From the IMG/VR virus record IMGVR_UViG_3300044769_000018: a DNA stretch of 44,413 bases. One strand, 5' to 3'. Under the pieces are notes generated by a model that was not told the origin of the DNA, did not search any database, and saw nothing but the letters and a program-made list of their open reading frames with translations. The translations under genes and the position numbers were made by a program. This DNA comes from a virus. Numbering within the stretch: position 1 is the first letter of the stretch; the number at the start of each line of letters is the position of its first letter. This document shows positions 18,856 to 24,029 of the stretch, in pieces.

Positions 18856-19452
18856 TTATCCAACTTCAACTACGTCGTAATGAACTTTCTCACGCACAGG
18901 CGGTGCGTTGATAACCACCTGAATGCGGTTATCTGAAGTAACATCTTTAGGCCGCATGTTATCAGCAACCTTAGAAAGCTTCATAGCAACGTCGGCTTTA
19001 TCCTTCGCACCTAAACATTCGATATCCGATTCCGTCAAGATACCAAGCGTAGCTAAGGTGCGGGATAGTGCGAGCTTTTCGATGTCGTCTCGCGTTGCGT
19101 TCCTTGTTTTATCTGTTTCCCTTTTCAGTTCAGGAATGACGTATCCATCGCCCGTCCGACCATTCTTCGCCTGAGAAACGGTGGAATTGCTAACATGAAA
19201 CGCTTCAGCAATATCCGTTTGTTTTACTTCACCACTTGCTGCCAAAAGACCAATCGTAGTCCGGAGGAAATCTGGAATGTTCGTGTTTGCGCCACGACCA
19301 ATAGATTCCTTCGCTTGGACAACGAGCGTCGTTCCACTCGTCGATTCCTGGACTTCGATTGAAGCATCGGCAAAAGTGTTCGCAGTGCGTAATAAATAAT
19401 TATGTTTCGGGTCGAGGTGGTGTGCTAAGGTTTCCTTGTTTAAGAAATGCAT
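18856..19452 (-). CDS. HTH DNA-binding protein; positional candidate for the small terminase subunit
   Basis: 198 aa, the first gene of the minus arm. SD GGAGG lies 6 nt before the ATG. The helix-turn-helix-like segment is QTDIAEAFHVSNSTVSQAKNGR. Confidence 0.4.
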   Translation of the reverse strand: MHFLNKETLAHHLDPKHNYLLRTANTFADASIEVQESTSGTTLVVQAKESIGRGANTNIPDFLRTTIGLLAASGEVKQTDIAEAFHVSNSTVSQAKNGRTGDGYVIPELKRETDKTRNATRDDIEKLALSRTLATLGILTESDIECLGAKDKADVAMKLSKVADNMRPKDVTSDNRIQVVINAPPVREKVHYDVVEVG

Positions 19453-19517
19453 TGTACACCTCCCCGTTTATTCCAAGTGGTAGCCACTTGATGTTGAACT
19501 AGTGGCTTGACCGCCTT

Positions 19518-19547
19518 GTTGTACCACATCTAGCACTTGACAGTCAA
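19518..19547 (-). promoter_or_regulatory. Candidate sigma70-type promoter for the virion arm: TTGACT - 18 nt - TGgTACAAC (extended -10)
   Basis: Read on the minus strand, the -35 is the rc of 19542-19547 and the -10 is the rc of 19518-19523, preceded by TGG. The palindrome CAAGTGG-TAG-CCACTTG (19474-19490) lies in the predicted leader. Confidence 0.3.
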
Positions 19548-19646
19548 GGGGAAAAGTGCAAGGCTCGGGTCCGGTGCGCGCTATATATAGAGGTCAAGAG
19601 GTGCTTGGCTACCATGTATTATTTTAATTTTAAATTAATTTGAAAA

Positions 19647-19671
19647 TATGGGACCCTATTTTATGGGACCC
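19647..19671. repeat. Direct repeat TATGGGACCC x2 (15-bp period) inside a ~90-bp AT-rich tract (19611..19705)
   Basis: Copies at 19647-19656 and 19662-19671. The context is aaaaTATGGGACCCtatttTATGGGACCCaatttattttgaaaattatatttt. Confidence 0.9.
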
Positions 19672-19779
19672 AATTTATTTTGAAAATTATATTTTCCCAA
19701 TCGCAGAGTGATGTCGAGCGCCTTTAACTTTGCGCGCTGGGGGACCCGCTGCGGACGCCCATGCCCCTATGCTATCGAA

Positions 19780-19788
19780 TGATATAAT
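19780..19788 (+). promoter_or_regulatory. Candidate early promoter: perfect extended -10 (TGaTATAAT)
   Basis: TGATATAAT at 19780-19788 faces the plus-strand early genes. The -35 is poor. The first CCAGGTTTT copy starts 3 nt downstream. Confidence 0.4.
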
Positions 19789-19832
19789 GTCCAGGTTTTG
19801 GGGCAATTCACGCGCGTAAGGGTATGGGGGGA

Positions 19833-19880
19833 GTACCTCGGGCTCGCCATGCGAGAAAATAAACATGTACCTCGGGCTCG
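19833..19880. repeat. Direct repeat GTACCTCGGGCTCG x2
   Basis: Exact 14-mers at 19833-19846 and 19867-19880. The core CTCGGGCTC is the reverse complement of GAGCCCGAG found at 22505-22513. Confidence 0.9.
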
Positions 19881-19930
19881 AATCGTTTCTATTCCCTTGA
19901 CTCTGTCCCGTGGTTTGATATTCTGACCAT

Positions 19931-20152
19931 ATGACCATTACCTCACATCCCTTGCCCAAGTGTGCAGCCGATACCTATGTTGTCCGCACTCCCGCGATGG
20001 CTTACTCTTTTGAGCCATTCACGACGCACCGCGTCGCTACGCTCGCCGCTGCCGATACGCTCGCCGCTTCCCTGCCGTCTGCTAAGGTCCTGTGCAATGG
20101 CGTTCAGGTGTGCATCTATGTCAATGGTTTGCTAGTTCAGGGAGCCCGCTAA
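19931..20152 (+). CDS. Hypothetical early protein (73 aa), first gene of the high-GC island
   Basis: Track ORF. Its stop overlaps the next start (TAATG). The N-terminal PLPKCAADTY resembles SLPECAAVTY of the next ORF. Confidence 0.55.
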   Translation: MTITSHPLPKCAADTYVVRTPAMAYSFEPFTTHRVATLAAADTLAASLPSAKVLCNGVQVCIYVNGLLVQGAR

Positions 20153-20346
20153 TGCTTGTCTCACGTTCGTTGCCTGAGTGCGCCGCCGTTACATACGGTG
20201 AGTCTGCCATCCGTTTCATTGACTCTGCCCTCCGCGCTACAAACGACGCGCACGCAGGCGCAGCTACGCGAGCGGCTGTATTCGCCACTCGCACCGCTGC
20301 ACGCTACGCCTTGCGTTATCTCTACCCGAATGGAGCATCCTGCTAA
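20152..20346 (+). CDS. Hypothetical early protein (64 aa)
   Basis: Internal ATG of track ORF 20092..20346. TAATG coupling occurs at both ends. Confidence 0.55.
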   Translation: MLVSRSLPECAAVTYGESAIRFIDSALRATNDAHAGAATRAAVFATRTAARYALRYLYPNGASC

Positions 20347-20552
20347 TGATTAACAAAGACGGTAGCTACGGACCACGCGCCACGCAGCACGAACTCGCCG
20401 CCCTATACGGCGAGGCGTGTGTGCGTCACTTGGAATACCTCGCCGAGGTACATCCTGACCGATGGGCATTCTATGTCGCGCTAGTAGTTGAGGATGCGAT
20501 GTTTGCCGCTAACCATGGCCGTCGTGCCTTGCGCCAGTCGAGCCTACGCTAA
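20346..20552 (+). CDS. Hypothetical early protein (68 aa)
   Basis: Track ORF with TAATG coupling at both ends. Confidence 0.6.
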   Translation: MINKDGSYGPRATQHELAALYGEACVRHLEYLAEVHPDRWAFYVALVVEDAMFAANHGRRALRQSSLR

Positions 20553-20767
20553 TGGAAACGAATTGTGCTGTGTGCTGTGGCTCGGGAGTTGTCGCATCCA
20601 ATGGAGCCGACGATACCCGTAACGTCTGTCACGCATGCGGGGGCAAGGGAACCATTCGACTCTGCGTCGACTGCTACCAGCCCTCGGGTGAGTTCGACGT
20701 GTGCGACACTTGCTCAGACGTTCGGGAGTCGAGCTTTGACCACGAATGGAACGGCTATGACCACTAG
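20552..20767 (+). CDS. Cys-rich zinc-finger protein with two DnaJ-type CxxCxGxG motifs (71 aa)
   Basis: CAVCCGSG and CHACGGKG, plus CVDC...CDTC. Confidence 0.6.
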   Translation: METNCAVCCGSGVVASNGADDTRNVCHACGGKGTIRLCVDCYQPSGEFDVCDTCSDVRESSFDHEWNGYDH

Positions 20768-20969
20768 GGAACGCTACTACCTGAACGCGCACCTTGAACG
20801 CCTTGCCGATTGGCAGACCCGGAAGGCCATTGCAGCCAATCGGGAGCGCATTATACGCCGTAGGGAGTTCAGGCGCGCCGTTCGCGCTATGTACCTCGCG
20901 CGAGCCTTGCGGGTCATCCTTGCCGATACCCGCCGAATGAATGCCCGGATAGTGGCTCAAGGCTACTAA
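20757..20969 (+). CDS. Arginine-rich small protein (70 aa, 17 Arg)
   Basis: Internal ATG of track ORF 20565..20969: MTTRERYYLNAHLERLADWQTRKAIAANRERIIRRREFRRAVRAMY... It overlaps the upstream stop by 11 nt. Confidence 0.5.
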   Translation: MTTRERYYLNAHLERLADWQTRKAIAANRERIIRRREFRRAVRAMYLARALRVILADTRRMNARIVAQGY

Positions 20970-20985
20970 TCCAGAAACCTGGATT
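20968..20985 (+). promoter_or_regulatory. Hairpin AATCCAG-AAAC-CTGGATT straddling the stop codon (20967-20969) of the Arg-rich ORF; contains an inverted copy of CCAGGTTT
   Basis: 7-bp stem and 4-nt loop. 20971-20986 is the exact reverse complement of 21989-22004 (AAATCCAGGTTTCTGG). Confidence 0.6.
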
Positions 20986-21006
20986 TAACTTACCAAGGAT
21001 AGAATT

Positions 21007-21159
21007 ATGGAAAAGCAAGCACTTTGCCCGCATTGTCACAAAGTTAAGACAACCGTCCGCTATCGCCCCGACGCCTACGCTAGGGACGTGCGTGATGAAC
21101 AAGGCGCGATGATGATAGCGTGCGACGAATGCGCGCAAGCGAACGCGGACGACATCTAG
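21007..21159 (+). CDS. Small zinc-ribbon protein (50 aa), high-GC paralogue of 26148..26297
   Basis: Below the track cutoff: MEKQALCPHCHKVKTTVRYRPDAYARDVRDEQGAMMIACDECAQANADDI*. It aligns end to end (~55% identity by eye) with the 26148 ORF. Confidence 0.65.
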   Translation: MEKQALCPHCHKVKTTVRYRPDAYARDVRDEQGAMMIACDECAQANADDI

Positions 21160-21183
21160 CACGAACTCAGGGAGCAACGGAAC

Positions 21184-21218
21184 AAGGCCTGCCAATCGTC
21201 GGTAGGCCTTTTCTATTT
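21184..21218 (+). terminator. Rho-independent terminator
   Basis: AAGGCCT (21184-21190) pairs with AGGCCTT (21204-21210) around a 13-nt loop. The tail is TTCTATTT. Confidence 0.65.
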
Positions 21219-21223
21219 GGTCC

Positions 21224-21252
21224 TTGCACTGCAGGGGCGTTCTGAGTATAAA
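21224..21252 (+). promoter_or_regulatory. Candidate sigma70 promoter TTGCAC - 17 nt - TATAAA
   Basis: -35 at 21224-21229 and -10 at 21247-21252. The -10 context AGTATAAAGG recurs at 22559-22568. Confidence 0.45.
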
Positions 21253-21296
21253 GGCAGGTATGCCGGATTCACCGGCCACTAGCAGGGAGCAAAGAC

Positions 21297-21746
21297 ATGG
21301 CACGTGTAGCAACCAAGTTCGACGACCACAAGGATTTCGGGATTCTCGACCAGCCCGAAGTCACGCATGCGGACCTGACGTCCGAAGTTGTCTCAGTCGT
21401 GGCGTCCGACAAGGACAGCAAGCGGTCGGGCGAAGTCAAGGTCACGGTGTACGCGCTCGCGGATGGCGTGGAGAATCCGCTTGAGGCGATTCTCGCATTG
21501 TTCGGTGGGTCGCAGGCTGAACTCGCCAAGTTTGCCCTTGGTGCGCGCAACGACAGCATCAGGAACGCGGGCAAGGATTACGTCCGCGATTCCATCCTTG
21601 GACCTGAAAAGAAGATGGCTCAGGTCATTGCTCGCGTTGCGCGCGGGCTCAAGCTGGACGTCGACACCATCAAGGCCAAGGTGGCGAAGAATCCCGCGTA
21701 CCTCGATATGCTGTTGGAACTCGCGAAGAACGATGCTGCAGCCTAG
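21297..21746 (+). CDS. Hypothetical early protein (149 aa), GC3-rich
   Basis: Track ORF. GGAG lies 7 nt upstream of the ATG, and there is a strong G/C third-position bias. The C-terminus AKNPAYLDMLLELAKND weakly resembles AKSNPAIQAMLDAFKAKD of the 22667 ORF. Confidence 0.7.
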   Translation: MARVATKFDDHKDFGILDQPEVTHADLTSEVVSVVASDKDSKRSGEVKVTVYALADGVENPLEAILALFGGSQAELAKFALGARNDSIRNAGKDYVRDSILGPEKKMAQVIARVARGLKLDVDTIKAKVAKNPAYLDMLLELAKNDAAA

Positions 21747-21768
21747 CATCTAGTTCGTTCGGTCCGTA

Positions 21769-21900
21769 CCTGAGCCCGGTAGCCTACATGGTGCCGGGCT
21801 TTTCTGCGTCTATACGTATCCTCCCGCCATACCCTGAGCCCTACGCTCACATACGCTCGCCCTGAGCCCTTCCGAACGCGCATTGATACGTACTGAGCCC
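21769..21900. repeat. Cluster of CCTGAGCCC repeats (3 exact plus 1 variant)
   Basis: Exact copies at 21769-21777, 21833-21841 and 21861-21869. The variant ACTGAGCCC is at 21892-21900. Confidence 0.9.
21773..21805 (+). terminator. Rho-independent terminator
   Basis: AGCCCGG (21773-21779) pairs with CCGGGCT (21794-21800) around a 14-nt loop. The tail is TTTCT. Confidence 0.6.
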
Positions 21901-21990
21901 TAAAATTTTCAGGATGCCGTAAACCTGGCGTTCGCCAATTTTGAGGGGAGCGCAGTATTGGACCCATTAAGCGGTATTCGGAACCATAAA

Positions 21991-22006
21991 ATCCAGGTTT
22001 CTGGGT
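21991..22006 (+). promoter_or_regulatory. Hairpin ATCCAG-GTTT-CTGGGT (CCAGGTTT copy)
   Basis: 6-bp stem (one G.U) and 4-nt loop. It is the inverted partner of the 20968 hairpin. Confidence 0.5.
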
Positions 22007-22283
22007 GGACTATGAAACTCGAGAATTCGGCTTATTGGATTGAGCTGTTGAGAATGAGTTATTAGTGGTAGCCACAGCCCGAAATTCCACAAAACACCTT
22101 ACATCTACACCAAGGAAACACCAAGGGCTCACTAAACTAGCACGCAAGGCGCACTACGTTTCCACGCAGGGCATTTAACGCTAAGCCCTTGCAGTCGAAG
22201 CACTTAGCTTGACGATAAGCCTTGACTCCCCCTCCCCGTCTATACGTACCGGGCTCCCGATGTCCTCCTAAGGTGACATCCAA

Positions 22284-22383
22284 TATTTTGGATTCTTTTA
22301 GTTTAGTGGCTGTTCTTATTCTTTTCTTTTTTATTTTTTTTTTTTTAATAAGAAGAATAATAGAAATAAGGAATAACTAATCA
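22284..22383. repeat. AT-rich low-complexity tract with a T13 homopolymer (22334..22346)
   Basis: cttttcttttttaTTTTTTTTTTTTTaataagaagaataatagaaataagg. It is flanked by GC-rich repeats. Confidence 0.9.
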
Positions 22384-22417
22384 TGTAAACTTTACACACC
22401 CTATGTAAGACTTACAT
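22384..22417. promoter_or_regulatory. Two tandem palindromic operator-like sites, TGTAA-N3-TTACA, centres 20 bp apart
   Basis: TGTAAactTTACA at 22384-22396 and aTGTAAgacTTACAt at 22403-22417. A third copy is at 26632-26644. Confidence 0.5.
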
Positions 22418-22452
22418 ACGGGGTCTATAGCAGGGTAGACAGGGGAAGGGTA

Positions 22453-22510
22453 CCTGAGCCCGCAATCCCCGCAAGTGCAGGCGAACGTGGCACTTGCCGC
22501 GCCTGAGCCC
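22453..22510. repeat. CCTGAGCCC(G) repeats x2
   Basis: Copies at 22453-22461 and 22502-22510. Confidence 0.9.
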
Positions 22511-22535
22511 GAGTGTATCTCTAGTGAGAATAACG

Positions 22536-22565
22536 TTAGGTCCTAGCGGCATCCTGTAGTATAAA
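22536..22565 (+). promoter_or_regulatory. Candidate promoter TTAGGT - 18 nt - TATAAA
   Basis: Shares the 10-mer AGTATAAAGG with the 21224 promoter. The -35 is weak. Confidence 0.3.
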
Positions 22566-22666
22566 GGGTATACTTCTACGCCCACTTTGTCCTCAGAAGT
22601 GGACATTCTTTGCCTTTCGTCACGTCGTGATTAGTTATCACGCATTAAGAATTGGAGACCCGGTAC

Positions 22667-23068
22667 ATGGATACGATATTCGACTCAGAAACAATTCGGG
22701 CGATACAGACGGATGAGTTGTCCAGCATCCAGGAATTGTCTATCGTCGAGATTTCTAATCGCATCGACGCTTATCAAAAGGCCTCGCGCGAGCTGATGCT
22801 CAGAATGAACAAGGCATCGGAAGAAATGCATCGCCGCTTGTCGCAAAAGACGAACGACGAATTGGAAACTTTGATAGAGCGCGTGCCCGAGGGTGTTTCA
22901 AGCACGGCATACAATCGCCTGCACAATACGCTCCTCAATCGAAAAGGGTACGTTCCGAAAGCACGCGCTCCTAAGATTGAGGATAGGCTGGTGACAAAGC
23001 TCAATGCCGCAGCCAAGTCCAATCCAGCGATTCAAGCGATGCTGGACGCCTTCAAAGCAAAAGATTAA
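22667..23068 (+). CDS. Hypothetical early protein (133 aa), helical
   Basis: Track ORF 22652.., trimmed to ATG 22667. GGAG lies 9 nt upstream. Confidence 0.65.
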   Translation: MDTIFDSETIRAIQTDELSSIQELSIVEISNRIDAYQKASRELMLRMNKASEEMHRRLSQKTNDELETLIERVPEGVSSTAYNRLHNTLLNRKGYVPKARAPKIEDRLVTKLNAAAKSNPAIQAMLDAFKAKD

Positions 23069-23079
23069 CTTTCAATTCA

Positions 23080-23101
23080 CTTGGAACGCCAGGTTTTCAA
23101 G
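23080..23101 (+). promoter_or_regulatory. Hairpin with 8-nt loop CGCCAGGT, 12 nt after a stop codon
   Basis: CTTGGAA pairs with TTTCAAG (7 bp, one G.U). The loop is identical to that of the 26311 hairpin. Confidence 0.5.
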
Positions 23102-23125
23102 CCCGGTAAAATCCTAGGAAAGAAA

Positions 23126-23506
23126 ATGTCAACATACGGCATCGAAGGGCGCGCATCGCATCTTAAACGAGACTGCACCGTTCGCGCGCTCCACGTAGCA
23201 TCCGGCATCGATTACGATATGTGCTATTTGTTTCTCGCGGCTGCAGGTCGCAAGAATAACTGTGGCGCGTATACGTCCGATTGGCTCCCCGTCTATCGGA
23301 AACTCGGCTTGTGTCAGATTGATGACCTAATCAATTTGACGCATGAAGTTTTGCCATGCGATAACGTGATTATCTGCATCCGTGGTCACATCTATGCCAT
23401 TCGCAACGGCGTACACTCAGACGGCCCTTACGCTTTCCAGTCTGGCCTGCGTCGCAACATTCAATTCGCTTGGCGCATTCCTGCATCGTTCATTCAAAAG
23501 GATTAG
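23126..23506 (+). CDS. Early protein with papain-fold-like Cys...His arrangement (putative cysteine peptidase/amidase)
   Basis: Track ORF 23081.., trimmed to ATG 23126 (AGGA 6 nt upstream). It has DCTVRAL near the N-terminus, RGHIYAIRNGVHSD about 80 aa later, and is 126 aa long. Confidence 0.3.
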   Translation: MSTYGIEGRASHLKRDCTVRALHVASGIDYDMCYLFLAAAGRKNNCGAYTSDWLPVYRKLGLCQIDDLINLTHEVLPCDNVIICIRGHIYAIRNGVHSDGPYAFQSGLRRNIQFAWRIPASFIQKD

Positions 23507-23509
23507 ACA

Positions 23510-23674
23510 ATGCTACTTTCAAAGCTTGAAACACTCAGAATACTTGGCAGTATCGCCAATCACATCGGGTACCGATACAGCACGAAATATGGTCCTGTCG
23601 GTTCCCTTGCCGCAGACAGCGATGCACTACGTATCATCACATCAGCCGCTGACCAAGTTTTAGCAGAGGATTAG
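23510..23674 (+). CDS. Hypothetical small protein (54 aa)
   Basis: Below the track cutoff: MLLSKLETLRILGSIANHIGYRYSTKYGPVGSLAADSDALRIITSAADQVLAED*. It is bounded by the repeated junction AGGATTAGACAATG at both ends. Confidence 0.5.
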   Translation: MLLSKLETLRILGSIANHIGYRYSTKYGPVGSLAADSDALRIITSAADQVLAED

Positions 23675-23677
23675 ACA

Positions 23678-23926
23678 ATGTATATCGGATTCTTCGAAGC
23701 AAAGCATCGCACGTTCCAATCTGAGCAACACGCATCCTGCGTTCCATCGATGTTCGTGCAGGTGTCATGCAATTATGGCGCGCGTGTCACGCCAATCTGC
23801 AATTCAAGCTGTTCAGTCGTCTTGTTTGAATCCATCGATGCTATTCACGAATACTGCCGCGCTCACGGGCTAGAGTTCGCAACATGCACGACAGCATTAC
23901 CATCGACGGTTCGCACCGCACCTTAG
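23678..23926 (+). CDS. Hypothetical Cys-rich protein (82 aa)
   Basis: Track ORF. Its start lies in the conserved junction AGGATTAGACAATG. Confidence 0.55.
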   Translation: MYIGFFEAKHRTFQSEQHASCVPSMFVQVSCNYGARVTPICNSSCSVVLFESIDAIHEYCRAHGLEFATCTTALPSTVRTAP

Positions 23927-23949
23927 CATCGCACGCTAGCGTTCGGGCT

Positions 23950-23982
23950 GAGCATCTAACACTCTCCAGGTTTTAGATGCTC
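23950..23982 (+). promoter_or_regulatory. 10-bp hairpin GAGCATCTAA / TTAGATGCTC with CCAGGTT in the 13-nt loop
   Basis: The arms are perfect complements. There is no U-tract afterwards, so it is not a canonical terminator. Confidence 0.55.
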
Positions 23983-24029
23983 TACCAGAATTCTAGACTT
24001 TGTAGTTCTTTCAACTCAGGGAGCAACCA

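Noticed and set aside
19687-19959. 90-aa minus-strand ORF across the divergent control region; also 21743..21967 and 22412..22606 (minus)
   Set aside because: They lie over promoter elements, repeats and terminator hairpins, and have no SD. They start or end inside repeat units, so they are most likely non-coding.
20544-21753. Long minus-strand and alternative-frame ORFs in the high-GC island (20544..20960, 20914..21312, 21269..21574, 21393..21749, 21388..21753, 20565..20756 part, 20156..20353, 21224..21484)
   Set aside because: High G+C suppresses stop codons in all frames. The plus-strand chain is supported by TAATG start/stop coupling, SD sequences, G/C third-position bias and flanking terminators. 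The antisense ORFs have none of these.
21769-22510. Possible CRISPR-like array formed by the CCTGAGCCC repeats
   Set aside because: The repeat units are only 9-14 bp. Spacing is irregular (about 28-63 bp and then a >500-bp gap), the orientation varies, and there are no cas genes. This is not CRISPR architecture.
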